A stretch of DNA of 64,000 nucleotides, from assembly GCA_036378315.1 (NCBI GenBank), contig DASUWU010000046.1, positions 1,253 to 65,252 on the forward strand, written 5' to 3'. A program made the translations under genes and the position numbers. How positions within the stretch are numbered: position 1 is the stretch's first letter; every line of letters starts with the position of its first letter. This document shows positions 46,989 through 56,718 of the stretch, piece after piece. This stretch comes from Streptosporangiaceae bacterium (GTDB lineage: Bacteria > Actinomycetota > Actinomycetes > Streptosporangiales > Streptosporangiaceae). Under the pieces are notes generated by a model. That model had not been told where the DNA came from. It made no database searches and was given only the letters and a program-made list of their open reading frames with translations.

Positions 46989-48566
46989 ATGCAACGGCCG
47001 GTTCGCTGGTTCACCGTCGTCGCCTCGGCTCTCGCGCTGCTGCTCGGCGGCGCGTGCGTCGCGGGATCTCCCCCCGCGACGGGCCCGGCGCCGTCGCCGG
47101 GCATCCCGTCGCCGGACACCCCGTCGCCGGACAGCAGCGACACGCCGGCGCTTCCGCTCGCCGGCCGGCCGGCGGGACCGCTGTACGGGATCGGTTGGGA
47201 GATCTCGACCGGGGCGTCCTACCTGAGCAGGCTCGACCCCCGCACCTTGCTTCCCGAGGCCGGCCGGCCGCGGCTGCGGGTGGACGGCCTCGCGGCGTGG
47301 ACGGTGGCACCGGACCGCACCGTGGCACTGTTCGGGCCGGGCGACGCGAGCGGCGCCAACCTGGCCGACGCGAGCATCGCCGACGACGCGAGCATCCACG
47401 TCGTGGATCTCGGCCGGATGCGGCAGACCGCCGTGATCAAGGCCGCCGCCGAGGTCGGCTCGCCGCGCGCCGCGCTGTGGCTGGGACACGGCCGCGTCCT
47501 GCTGCTCGGCATCGCGGAGGACCAGCGGAGCGTCGAGCACGACGGGGTGACCAGCATGGTGGTGCGGCCCGCGCTGGTGGCGACGATCCTGGACGTCGAT
47601 GCGCGGCGGGTGGTCGCGCAGCGCCGCCACCCCCTGGGTGCCCGCGCGGAGGACCCCAGCGCCGCCGAGCCGGCCGGCGCGGCGGAGGCCGTCGACGTGA
47701 CGGCCGTGGAGCCCGCCCGCGCCGGCCTGGTCGTCCTGCTCCAGCCGGCCGACCGGATCGGCACCGTCGAGGTCGGCCGGGTCGACGCGGGCGGGGCGTT
47801 CACCTTCGTCCGGCTCGACCGGGTCACCGCCGGGTTCCGGCGGGCCCCTGACGGAGGCGACGTGGGCAGCCGGCAGAACGTGCCGGGACTGGCGGTGGAC
47901 GCCCAGAGCGACCGCGCCTACGTCGTCGCCGCCGGGTCCCCGGTGGCCGAGGTGGACCTCACCGCCGCCCGTCCGGCCGTCGGCTACCACTCGCTGACCG
48001 TCCCCGGGCGGGCGCCGTCCGTGCTCGGCATGCTGCGCCGGGCTCTCGTGCCGGCCGCGCCGGCCGCCGAGGCGAAGCTGCAGAGCGGCCCGGAGCGGCA
48101 CGCCCTGTGGCTCGGCGGCGGCAGGCTGGCGGTGTGGGGGACGGACGCCGACTTCTCCGGCACCGACGGCGCGGCGACCGGCGGGTCGCGACCGTCCGGC
48201 CTGCAGATCATCGACACGCGGGACTGGTCGGTCCGCACGCTCGACCCGCGGGTCGGCCAGGTCGTCCGCGCCGAGGGGCGGCTGGTCACCGCCGGCGTCA
48301 CGACGCGCAGGAGCGACGACGCCGACATGGTGACCTCGGGGGACGGCCTGCGCATCCGCGTCCCCGGGCCGCGGCAGCCCGCCGTTCACCTGTACGCGGG
48401 GCGGCCCATCGAGTGGCTGCAGGCATCCGGCCGGTACGCCTACGCCGATCTCACCGATCCGAACGCGGGCACCGCGGGGGCGTCCGGGTACGCGGTGATC
48501 GACACCCGCACCGGCACCGTGGTCGGCGAACACAGAGGCCGTCCGCTCCCGGACCTGCTGGACTGA
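46989..48566 (+). CDS. Lipoprotein, function unknown
   Basis: GGGAGG lies before the ATG at 46989. The lipobox is LLLGGAC. A Pro/Ser-rich linker is followed by about 480 aa. Confidence 0.65.
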   Translation: MQRPVRWFTVVASALALLLGGACVAGSPPATGPAPSPGIPSPDTPSPDSSDTPALPLAGRPAGPLYGIGWEISTGASYLSRLDPRTLLPEAGRPRLRVDGLAAWTVAPDRTVALFGPGDASGANLADASIADDASIHVVDLGRMRQTAVIKAAAEVGSPRAALWLGHGRVLLLGIAEDQRSVEHDGVTSMVVRPALVATILDVDARRVVAQRRHPLGARAEDPSAAEPAGAAEAVDVTAVEPARAGLVVLLQPADRIGTVEVGRVDAGGAFTFVRLDRVTAGFRRAPDGGDVGSRQNVPGLAVDAQSDRAYVVAAGSPVAEVDLTAARPAVGYHSLTVPGRAPSVLGMLRRALVPAAPAAEAKLQSGPERHALWLGGGRLAVWGTDADFSGTDGAATGGSRPSGLQIIDTRDWSVRTLDPRVGQVVRAEGRLVTAGVTTRRSDDADMVTSGDGLRIRVPGPRQPAVHLYAGRPIEWLQASGRYAYADLTDPNAGTAGASGYAVIDTRTGTVVGEHRGRPLPDLLD

Positions 48567-48735
48567 CGAGCGGCTGCCGCCGGCCGCCCCGGCCGCCGCG
48601 GCCCCCGGGGTCTTCCGCGCCGCCGATCTTCCTGCGCCGCCGATCTTCCTGCGCCGCCATCGCCCGGTGTCCGAGACTTGGTGTCGCGGGCCGGGCGCGA
48701 GCCCGCGACACAGGGGCAGAACGGGAGTGAGTTTG

Positions 48736-49545
48736 GTGGCGGAGCTGGGACGGGTGCCGATCATCGCCGTGGGCAGCGGGAAGGGGGGAGTGGGCAAGAC
48801 CACGGTCGCGGTCAACCTGGCGCTGGCGCTGGGCGCGCGCGGGATGAACGTGGGTCTCGTCGACGCCGACCTCTACGGCCCGGACGTCCCCCGGATGATG
48901 GGGCTGCGGCGCCGCGCCGACACCTCGGCCATCACCGTCTTCGCCGCCCAGGGCTCCCCGGGCGCGCGGTTGGAACCGGTCCGGCGGCACGGCGTGCAGC
49001 TCGTGTCGGCCGCCTTTCTGCTCGGCGAGAGCCAGGCGTTCAGCGCCGGCGGGTCGCTGGCGCAACTCATGGCGCGCCGGCTGCTGGTCGACACGGCGTG
49101 GGAGGATCTCGGCTGCCTCGTCGTCGACCTGCCCCCGGGGACAGCCGACATCCAGCAGTTCGTCTTCGGGCTGCGCGGGCGCAGGGCGTTCGTCCTGCTT
49201 GTCCTCACCCCCCAGGTGATCGCGCACCAGGACGTACGCCGCCTGATCGCCGACCTGGCAAGGTACCGGGCCGTACCGCTGGGCGGGGTGGAGAACATGA
49301 GCGGCCTGCTGTGCCCGCGGTGCGGCGAGACCACGGCGCTGTTCCCGTCGGCCGCCGGGGAGGACAGCGTCTGGACCGAGATCCCGAAGCTGGCGAGCAT
49401 CCCGTTCAGCCCGCAGGCGGCGTCCGACGCCGACCAGGGGCGTCCCGTCCTGGTCACGCGGGCCATCCCCGAACACGTCGCGGCGTACGAGCGGCTGGCC
49501 GCGGAGGTCGCCCGCCGGCTCGACGAGGACCAAGGCGCGGCGTAG
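48736..49545 (+). CDS. Mrp/NBP35/ApbC-family P-loop Fe-S cluster carrier ATPase
   Basis: IAVGSGKGGVGKTTVAVNLA, VDADLYGPD and the CPRCG motif. The start (GTG 48727 or 48736) is uncertain. Confidence 0.85.
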   Translation: MAELGRVPIIAVGSGKGGVGKTTVAVNLALALGARGMNVGLVDADLYGPDVPRMMGLRRRADTSAITVFAAQGSPGARLEPVRRHGVQLVSAAFLLGESQAFSAGGSLAQLMARRLLVDTAWEDLGCLVVDLPPGTADIQQFVFGLRGRRAFVLLVLTPQVIAHQDVRRLIADLARYRAVPLGGVENMSGLLCPRCGETTALFPSAAGEDSVWTEIPKLASIPFSPQAASDADQGRPVLVTRAIPEHVAAYERLAAEVARRLDEDQGAA

Positions 49546-49707
49546 CCGCACGTGGTGACGACCACCGGTACCGGCGGTTCGTCCCTGCGGGAAATGGCTC
49601 GTCCATGCCAAAAGCGGCTCGTACCGCGCCGCCGACCGCGCTTACCATCGCGAACGCGGCCCCCTACGGGCGAGCGGCTCCAGGCAGGCGAGCGGGAGGA
49701 GCGGCCG

Positions 49708-50961
49708 ATGACGACGGCGGATCCCGGGCAGGCGGGCGCGGCGCGGACCCGGGAGCTCATCGAGGCGGTCCGGGCGCGGCGGGAGACCTTCGAGGCGGCG
49801 GTCCGGCGCGCGGAAGAGGAGCGGACGTTGCCGGCCGACGTGGTCAAGGTGCTGCGCGACCTGCGGCTGTTCTGGCTCAAGACGCCACGCGAGCTGGGCG
49901 GCGGCGAGCTCGACCCGCTGGACTTCTGCGACGTGCTCGAGGAGCTCGCCTACTACGACGCGTCCGCCGCCTGGACGATGATGGTGGGGAACGGGACCAC
50001 CGGCATGGTCGCCGGCTGGCTGCCGGACGAGGGGCTGCGTGACATCTTCCCCACCGTGCCCGGCGCGCCCACCGCACCCACCGCGGCCGGCGCGCCCACC
50101 GCCGCGCCCATCGCCGCGCCCGCCGGTGCGGCCGCTGACAACCTGCCGATCTGCGCCGGGCAGTTCGTCGCCCGCGGTACGGCCGTGCCGGTGGACGGCG
50201 GCTTCACGGTGAGCGGCCGGTGGAGCTTCTGCAGCGGCATCAACCACGCCGACTGGGTGGTCGGCGGGTGCCGGGTGGCCGGCGGCGACGACCGGCAGGT
50301 GCTGGTGGTGGTGCCGAAGAGCGAGGCGACCCTGCACGACACGTGGTACGCGGCCGGGCTGCAGGGCACCGGCAGCGGTGACTTCTCGCTGACGGAGACG
50401 TTCGTGCCCGCCACCCGCACGTTCGACTGGGCCGGCGGCGCGCCGGCGGTGCGCGGCGGCGACCTGTTCCGGCAGCTTCCGCTGCTGTTCGTGTCGAACG
50501 AGCTCGGCCCGGTCGTCGTGGGCGTCGCGCGGCGCGCCATCGACGACATGTACGCCCTGGCGAGCGCGACCGACCGCCGGGGGAGCCGGGTGTACCTCAG
50601 CGAACGCGCCGCCTTCCTCAAGGACATCGCGCGGGCCGAGTGCCGGCTGCGCGCGGCGCGCCTGCTCTACCGCGACACGGTGGCCGAGTGCTGGTCGGTG
50701 GCCAGGGCGGGCGCCGAGCCCGGCGCGGCCTTCGTGCCGTGGCAGCTCGCCCGGCACACGCTCGTCGTCGAGGAATGCGCGGCGCTGGTCGACCAGATCA
50801 TCCGCTATGCGGGCGGGCGCGCGCTGGCGCTCGACCACCCGATGCAGCGGCACCTGCGCAACCTCGTCGCGGCGCGGCAGCACGTGTACGTCTCGGACGA
50901 GAACTACGAGATGGCCGGCCGGGCCCGGCTGGCGACGCCGGCCGAGCCCGGACGCGCGTAG
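49708..50961 (+). CDS. Acyl-CoA dehydrogenase-fold flavoprotein (hydroxylase/monooxygenase-like)
   Basis: RBS gggaggag. It shows ACAD N, middle and C domain-like order, including GRWSFCSGINHADW. An Ala/Pro-rich repetitive insert APTAPTAAGAPTAAPIAAPAGAA is present. Confidence 0.7.
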   Translation: MTTADPGQAGAARTRELIEAVRARRETFEAAVRRAEEERTLPADVVKVLRDLRLFWLKTPRELGGGELDPLDFCDVLEELAYYDASAAWTMMVGNGTTGMVAGWLPDEGLRDIFPTVPGAPTAPTAAGAPTAAPIAAPAGAAADNLPICAGQFVARGTAVPVDGGFTVSGRWSFCSGINHADWVVGGCRVAGGDDRQVLVVVPKSEATLHDTWYAAGLQGTGSGDFSLTETFVPATRTFDWAGGAPAVRGGDLFRQLPLLFVSNELGPVVVGVARRAIDDMYALASATDRRGSRVYLSERAAFLKDIARAECRLRAARLLYRDTVAECWSVARAGAEPGAAFVPWQLARHTLVVEECAALVDQIIRYAGGRALALDHPMQRHLRNLVAARQHVYVSDENYEMAGRARLATPAEPGRA

Positions 50962-51007
50962 CCGACCGCATCCGGGCAGCGGCGCGCAGGCGCGAGCGGG
51001 GCTGCGG

Positions 51008-52159
51008 TCAGCCGCCCGCGGCGACGCCCAGCGGCCGCAGGACCGGCATGACCTCGGCGGCGAAGAGCTCCATGTTGGCGACGGTCCGGTCGTGCGGCAT
51101 GTCGCCGACCTCGAACAGCCCGATGATCTGGCCGAAGCCGAGGTCGCTTTGCAGCTCGCCCAGCCGGTTTGCGACGGTGTCCGGGCTGCCGACCACCACG
51201 AGGCCCTCGGCGACCAGCTCCTCGTACGACAGCTGGGCGGGCGGCTTCGCCCGGGACGACAGCACGCCGCGCATGGACGACGGGCTCATGTAGCCGGGCG
51301 GGAAGACGATCTCGGGGCCCTGCTTGAGCCCCTTGTGGAACAGCCACTCCATGTGCTGGCGGGCCTCGCGGTGCGCCTGCTCGTCCGTGCGGGCGACGTA
51401 GATCGGTACGGAGAACGCGAGCTTCTCCGGGTCGGGCGCGATGCCGATCTCTTCGGCGATCTGCCGGTACCCGTCGAACCACCGTTTGATCACGCGGGAC
51501 GGCGAGTAGACGGACATCAAGGTGTAGCCGCGCTCGGCGACGAACTTGATCGTCTCACTGCTGCCGGCGCCGGGGATGTAGATGGGCGGATGCGGCTGCT
51601 GCAGCGGCCGGGGCCAGAGATTGACGTAACGGTATTCGTAGTTCGGGCTGATCCACTGGAACATCTCCTTCGACGTCCACGCCTTGATGATCAGGTCGTG
51701 GGCCTCGTTGAAGCGATCCCGCGACCGCGTCGGGTTGATGCTGTGCGCGAAGTACTCCCAGCCGATCCCGCGCACGAAACCGGACACGATGCGGCCGTTG
51801 CTGAGATGGTCGAGCATGGCGATCTCCTCGGCCACCCGCAGCGGGTTGCCGCGGATGCCGATCGCGTTGCCCAGCACCATGATCTGGGCCCGTTCCGTGC
51901 GGCGGGCCAGCGCCGCCGCCATGAGGTTGGGCGAGGGCATCAGGCCGTAGGCCGACTGGTGATGCTCGTTGACGGCGATCCCGTCGAACCCGATCCGCTC
52001 GGCGTGCTCGAGCTCGTCGAGGTAGCGGTGGTAGAGCTTGTTCCCGAGCTCGGGGTCGAAGTTCTTGTTCGGGAAGGTGAGCGACGGCGTGGCGTACGCC
52101 TCGTCGAAGTCGTCCGGCAGGTAGGCGTAGGGCATCAGGTGGAAGAAGATGAACTTCAT
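51008..52159 (-). CDS. LLM-class (luciferase-like) flavin-dependent oxidoreductase
   Basis: MKFIFFHLMPYAYLPDDF ... AVNEHHQSAYG. The ATG at 52159 overlaps the hydrolase stop (ATGA). Confidence 0.85.
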   Translation of the reverse strand: MKFIFFHLMPYAYLPDDFDEAYATPSLTFPNKNFDPELGNKLYHRYLDELEHAERIGFDGIAVNEHHQSAYGLMPSPNLMAAALARRTERAQIMVLGNAIGIRGNPLRVAEEIAMLDHLSNGRIVSGFVRGIGWEYFAHSINPTRSRDRFNEAHDLIIKAWTSKEMFQWISPNYEYRYVNLWPRPLQQPHPPIYIPGAGSSETIKFVAERGYTLMSVYSPSRVIKRWFDGYRQIAEEIGIAPDPEKLAFSVPIYVARTDEQAHREARQHMEWLFHKGLKQGPEIVFPPGYMSPSSMRGVLSSRAKPPAQLSYEELVAEGLVVVGSPDTVANRLGELQSDLGFGQIIGLFEVGDMPHDRTVANMELFAAEVMPVLRPLGVAAGG

Positions 52160-52995
52160 CGGCTCCTCCCGTTCGTTCCGGCCCCCGACCCCGCATCCGC
52201 GAGGAAGTCGATGACGAGCTCGGCGAACTCCGCCGGACGCTCGAAGTACATGGCGTGGCCGCAGTCTTCGACCACGGTGAAGTTCGCGTTCGGGATCAGC
52301 TCGGCGTACCTGCGGCCGTGCGCGATCGGGATCAGCCGGTCGTCGGACGCCCACGCCACCAGCGTGGGCGCGGACACGCGGTGCAGCCGTCGTTCCAGCT
52401 TGGGGTTGCACAGGAACGGCGTCCACGCGAAGCGGGCCAGCGCGGTCGCGTCGCGGTAGCCCGCCAGCACGGCGTCCAGGTCGGGTTCGGCCGGCAGCGC
52501 CGCCGCCGCCTTGGCCTGGTCGTGGTACAGCGTCGCGCCGAGCTGCGGCGGCGGGACGAGGAACAGGTCGAGCACCGGATGGTCCGGCAGCCGCAGCCCG
52601 GCCGCCCCGAGCAGCACCAGCGACCGGAACGCGTGCGGCGCGATGACGGCGAGCTCGGCGGCGATCCAGCCGCCGAAGGAACCGCCCACGAGGTGCGGGC
52701 GGTCGAGGCCGAGGCGTTCGATGACGTCGAGGTAGTGGTAGACGAGGTCGTCCATCGCCTCGACCTCGGGCAGCTCGTCCGACTTGCCGAAGCCGGGGTG
52801 ATCGGGCGCGAACACCTCATACCGCCGCGCGAGCAGATCGTGGAACTCCAGCCACTCTCCCGCGCCGCCGGCCGCGTGCAGGAACAGCACCGGCTCTCCC
52901 GCGCCGCCGCGGTACACATGGACCCGGCCGCTGGGAAAGTCCAGATACTCGGTCACCGGCGCGCCCACCGCCGGCGCACCCGCATCACTGGTCAC
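52156..52995 (-). CDS. Alpha/beta hydrolase
   Basis: HAAGGAG oxyanion region, nucleophile elbow GGSFGG, and C-terminal CGHAMYFE. Confidence 0.85.
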   Translation of the reverse strand: MTSDAGAPAVGAPVTEYLDFPSGRVHVYRGGAGEPVLFLHAAGGAGEWLEFHDLLARRYEVFAPDHPGFGKSDELPEVEAMDDLVYHYLDVIERLGLDRPHLVGGSFGGWIAAELAVIAPHAFRSLVLLGAAGLRLPDHPVLDLFLVPPPQLGATLYHDQAKAAAALPAEPDLDAVLAGYRDATALARFAWTPFLCNPKLERRLHRVSAPTLVAWASDDRLIPIAHGRRYAELIPNANFTVVEDCGHAMYFERPAEFAELVIDFLADAGSGAGTNGRSR

Positions 52996-53119
52996 AAGTC
53001 ACCTCCGAGATCCGGCCGACGCGGCTGACCATGGCCGACGCGGCCGACCAGGCCGTTGAGTGGCCTGCTCAGGTCGATGCCGCCGCCGTCACCTCGACGC
53101 TAGGAAACCCGTTGCCGGC

Positions 53120-53159
53120 CGTCGAGCCGGTTTCCGCACCGTCGAGCCGGTTCCCGCAC
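53120..53159. repeat. 2 x 20-bp direct repeat in the hydrolase/AraC divergent region
   Basis: cgtcgagccggtttccgcac | cgtcgagccggttcccgcac, with one mismatch. Confidence 0.85.
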
Positions 53160-53210
53160 CCGGCGCACGGCGCGGAAAGGAGGCACTGGCCTTGACGAGC
53201 GCGCTATGAA

Positions 53211-54386
53211 GTGCAGATCCTTCGTCACAGGCGCGTCGTTAAGGACGGGCCGGTCGTGGAGGTGGTGATGGGCGCTTCGGCGGTGCTCATGGGCAGCGAA
53301 CCGGCACCGGACGAGACGGCGCGGGCCCCCGCGGGCGGCTCGGTGGGTGGCTCGGCGGGTGCCTCAACAGGTGGCTCGGCGGGTGGCCCGATGGGGGCCT
53401 CGGCGGGCGACGAGATCCCGCTGCCGTACCCGCAGGTGATCCGCACGGACGATCCGGACGACGCGCGGGTGCGGACCCAGGAGTTCCTCAGCTGCTCCCA
53501 CCGGATGCGGCTGCTGGACCGCGAGCGCGAGTTCCTCGCCCGGGTGCAGTACCGCTCGCTCGGCGGTCTCGGCCTGATGACGTCGGTGTACGGCACGTCC
53601 GTGGAGATCGGATGCTCGCCGCCGATCCCGCTGATGACCGTCAACTTCGTCTTCGGCGGGTCGATGGCGATCGCCGACGGTGGCAGCGAGACCATCGCCG
53701 ACGACGGCACCGCGGCCGCGTTCTGCTTCCACGAGGACCTTGCCATGCGCTGGACGCCGGGACTCAGGCAGCTGATGCTCACGATCGACAAGCCGCTCAT
53801 GGAGCGCTACCTGCAGAACCTGCTGAACGAGCCGCTGCACGAGCCGCTGCGGCTGCACCCGCGCATCGCCCTGGACGGCACCAGCGGCCAGGGCATCGTC
53901 GCCGCCGTCCGGACGCTCCACCGGGCGCTCGAACGGTGCGGCAAGGCCGGGCCGCCGCCGCTGCTCGCCGCCGAGGTGGAGCACGGCATCCTGTCCGCGC
54001 TGCTGCTCGGCCACCGGCACAACTACACGGACGCCATCTTCTCCGCCAGGGCGCTGCCCGCCCCACGGGTCGTCCGGCGGGTCGTCGAGCTGATCGACTC
54101 CGCGCCGCAGACCGCGTTCACCGTGGCCGACCTCGCCCGCTGCGCCGGGGTCAGCGAACGGTCCCTGCACGCCGCGTTCCGCCGCCAGCTCGGCACGTCA
54201 CCCATGGCCTACCTGCGGCGCCGCCGCCTCGAACAGGCCCACGACGAGCTGCTCCGCATCGACGCCACGGCTGGGGTCAAGGTCACGGACGTGGCGCTGC
54301 GCCACGGGTTCGCGCACGCCGGCCGGTTCGCCGCCGCCTACCGCGCCCGCTTCGGCGAACCGCCGTCGGCCACGCTGCGCCGCTGA
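53211..54386 (+). CDS. AraC family transcriptional regulator (start uncertain)
   Basis: C-terminal double HTH: FTVADLARCAGVSERSLHAAFRRQLGTSPMAYLRRRRL...VTDVALRHGFAHAGRFAAAYRARFGEPPS. The N-terminus is Gly/Ser-rich and repetitive. Confidence 0.88.
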   Translation: MQILRHRRVVKDGPVVEVVMGASAVLMGSEPAPDETARAPAGGSVGGSAGASTGGSAGGPMGASAGDEIPLPYPQVIRTDDPDDARVRTQEFLSCSHRMRLLDREREFLARVQYRSLGGLGLMTSVYGTSVEIGCSPPIPLMTVNFVFGGSMAIADGGSETIADDGTAAAFCFHEDLAMRWTPGLRQLMLTIDKPLMERYLQNLLNEPLHEPLRLHPRIALDGTSGQGIVAAVRTLHRALERCGKAGPPPLLAAEVEHGILSALLLGHRHNYTDAIFSARALPAPRVVRRVVELIDSAPQTAFTVADLARCAGVSERSLHAAFRRQLGTSPMAYLRRRRLEQAHDELLRIDATAGVKVTDVALRHGFAHAGRFAAAYRARFGEPPSATLRR

Positions 54387-54454
54387 CGTCTCGAAATGCC
54401 GGCGGACGACCTGCGAGGAGGGAACATAGCGATGAACCCGGTGAGGAGGACGCG

Positions 54455-54913
54455 ATGACGAAGGACGCGATGATGACCAAGAAGGAGGCGGCGGAGGCCG
54501 TCCGCGCGGCGAAGGCCCGCCTCGGGGTGACGTGGGCCCAGCTCGCCGAGGCGGTCGGCCGGCCGGTGGCATGGACGACGTCCGCACTGCTCGGCCAGCA
54601 GCCGATGACCGACGAGCAGGCCCGGGCCGCCGCCTCGCTGCTGGATCTCGGCGAGGACGTCCAGGAGGCGTTGCGGCTGCAGCCGACCCGCGGCGCGCTG
54701 GAGACCGCGGTGCCGAAGGACCCGACGATCTACCGCTTCTACGAGGTGCTTCAGGTGTACGGGCCGACGATCAAGGAGCTGATCCACGAGGAGTTCGGCG
54801 ACGGCATCATGAGCGCCATCAACTTCCGCCTCGACGTCGCGCGGGTCGCCGACCCGGCGGGCGACCGGGTCGTGGTGACGCTGGACGGCAAGTTCCTGCG
54901 CTACGACTGGTAG
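54455..54913 (+). CDS. cynS: Cyanate hydratase (cyanase)
   Basis: RBS gaggagga. The 152-aa product contains KELIHEEFGDGIMSAINF and a C-terminal KFL.Y..W-type end. Confidence 0.9.
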   Translation: MTKDAMMTKKEAAEAVRAAKARLGVTWAQLAEAVGRPVAWTTSALLGQQPMTDEQARAAASLLDLGEDVQEALRLQPTRGALETAVPKDPTIYRFYEVLQVYGPTIKELIHEEFGDGIMSAINFRLDVARVADPAGDRVVVTLDGKFLRYDW

Positions 54914-55017
54914 CCCGGGCGCCCGCGATGACCGGACCTTGACCATAGTCAGGCGGCTGCCTACTTTTGGGTGGTTCGGGGCTCGCGAGCTCAGCCGATC
55001 GAGCGGAATGAGGCGCC

Positions 55018-56679
55018 ATGCGACCTCGTCGTTCAGGACCTCGTCGTTCAGGACCTCGTCGTTCAGGATTTCGTCGTTCAGTCCGGGTGCCATCAGTCCG
55101 GGTGCTGTCGATCATCGGTTCGGTGGCACTCGCGGTCTCGCTGGCGGCGGCCATGCCGGCGCGTGCGTCCGGCGGTGGTCCGGTCGTCCGCACGGAGAAC
55201 GGCGCGTTGCGCGGGCAGCGGGCCGGCGGCGTCGACAGCTTCCTCGGCGTGCCGTACGCCGCGCCGCCCGTCGGGGCGCTGCGGTGGCGGGCCCCTGGCC
55301 CGGCGCCCGCGTGGCGGGGGGTGCGGGACGCGGTCGCGTACGGCAACCGGTGCGCGGCGCTGGCGAGCACGAACGGGCCCGAGTCCGACACCGAGGACTG
55401 CCTGTATCTCAACGTCCAGCGGCCGGCCACGGCCCGGCCCGGCGACCGGCTGCCGGTCTTCTTCTGGATCCACGGCGGCGGCCTGGTCAACGGCAGCTCC
55501 AACCAGCACGACGCCGGGCTCATCGTGCGGAACACCGGCGTGGTCGTGGTGACGATCAACTACCGGCTGGGCGTGTTCGGGTTCCTCGCCCATCCGGCGC
55601 TCACCGCCGAGCCCGGCGCAACGGGCGAGTCGGGCGACTACGGGTTCATGGACCAGCAGGCGGCGCTGCGCTGGGTGCACCGCAACATCGGCGCCTTCGG
55701 CGGCGACCCCCGGCAGGTGACGATCGGCGGGGAGTCGGCGGGCGGCTGGTCCACCTGCGGGCACCTCACGGCGCCGGGGTCCAAGGGCCTGTTCAGCCGC
55801 GCCATCATCGAGAGCGGGTCGTGCGCGAGCCGGACGCTGAGCGCGGCCGAGGCGACCGGGACCGACATCGCGGCGGCGGCAGGATGCGCGGACGCCGCGA
55901 CCGCGGCGCCCTGCCTGCGCGGCAAGAGCACGAAGGATCTCCTCACCGCCGCGTCGAGCCAGGGGTCCTTCCTGCTGGTGCACGGCGGGCCGACGCTGCC
56001 GGTGGCGCCGGACGCCGCCGTACGGGCGGGCGACTTCGCCAGGGTGCCGGTCATGATCGGCGCGAACCGCGACGAGGGCCGCACCTTCTCGCAGGGCTTC
56101 ATCGGCCAGACGCGGGAGCAGTACGAGGGTTTCGTCCGGTCGACGTTCGGCGCGAACGCCGACGCCGTCCTCGCCCGCTACCCGTGGCCGGCGACCGCCG
56201 ACGCCTTCACGCCGGCGTACCTCGCCGGCGCGATCCTCACCGACTCGGGCCTGGTCGCCCAGATCGGCGGCTGCACCAACCGCGGGTTGACGCGGGCGCT
56301 CGCCGGCGCCGTCCCGACGTACGCCTACCAGTTCGACCACCGGACGGGCCCCGGGCTCTCGCCCAACCCGGCGGGATACGTGTGGGGCGCCGGGCACGCG
56401 GCCGAGCTGGCCTACCTGTGGCCGAGCTTCGACAACGGCACCCCGATCGCGCCGACGTTCAACGCGGCCGAGCGGCGGCTGGCCCTCGACATGGTCCACT
56501 ACTGGGGTTCGTTCGTCCGCGCCGGGCGGCCGGCCGCGACCGGGTCGGCGGCGTGGGCTCGCTACGACCGGACCGGGCGGGTGCTGTCGCTGCGCGCCGG
56601 CGGCCGGTCCACCCTCATCTCCGACGCGCGGCTCGCCGCCGAGCACCAGTGCGCCTTCTGGGACGCCCTGTCGCGGTGA
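55018..56679 (+). CDS. Secreted type-B carboxylesterase/lipase
   Basis: FLGVPYAAPPVGALRW, EDCLYLNV, the nucleophile GESAGG, and signal peptide LSIIGSVALAVSLAAAMPARA. The exact start is uncertain. Confidence 0.88.
   Translation: MRPRRSGPRRSGPRRSGFRRSVRVPSVRVLSIIGSVALAVSLAAAMPARASGGGPVVRTENGALRGQRAGGVDSFLGVPYAAPPVGALRWRAPGPAPAWRGVRDAVAYGNRCAALASTNGPESDTEDCLYLNVQRPATARPGDRLPVFFWIHGGGLVNGSSNQHDAGLIVRNTGVVVVTINYRLGVFGFLAHPALTAEPGATGESGDYGFMDQQAALRWVHRNIGAFGGDPRQVTIGGESAGGWSTCGHLTAPGSKGLFSRAIIESGSCASRTLSAAEATGTDIAAAAGCADAATAAPCLRGKSTKDLLTAASSQGSFLLVHGGPTLPVAPDAAVRAGDFARVPVMIGANRDEGRTFSQGFIGQTREQYEGFVRSTFGANADAVLARYPWPATADAFTPAYLAGAILTDSGLVAQIGGCTNRGLTRALAGAVPTYAYQFDHRTGPGLSPNPAGYVWGAGHAAELAYLWPSFDNGTPIAPTFNAAERRLALDMVHYWGSFVRAGRPAATGSAAWARYDRTGRVLSLRAGGRSTLISDARLAAEHQCAFWDALSR
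55022..55081 (+). repeat. 4 x 15-bp in-frame tandem repeat at the 5-prime end of the esterase ORF
   Basis: gacctcgtcgttcag x3 then gatttcgtcgttcag. It encodes (PRRSG)3-FRRS in the esterase frame. Confidence 0.9.
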
Positions 56680-56718
56680 GCGCCGCCGGAACCCGACGGT
56701 TCGCGCCGCCGCCGGGCG

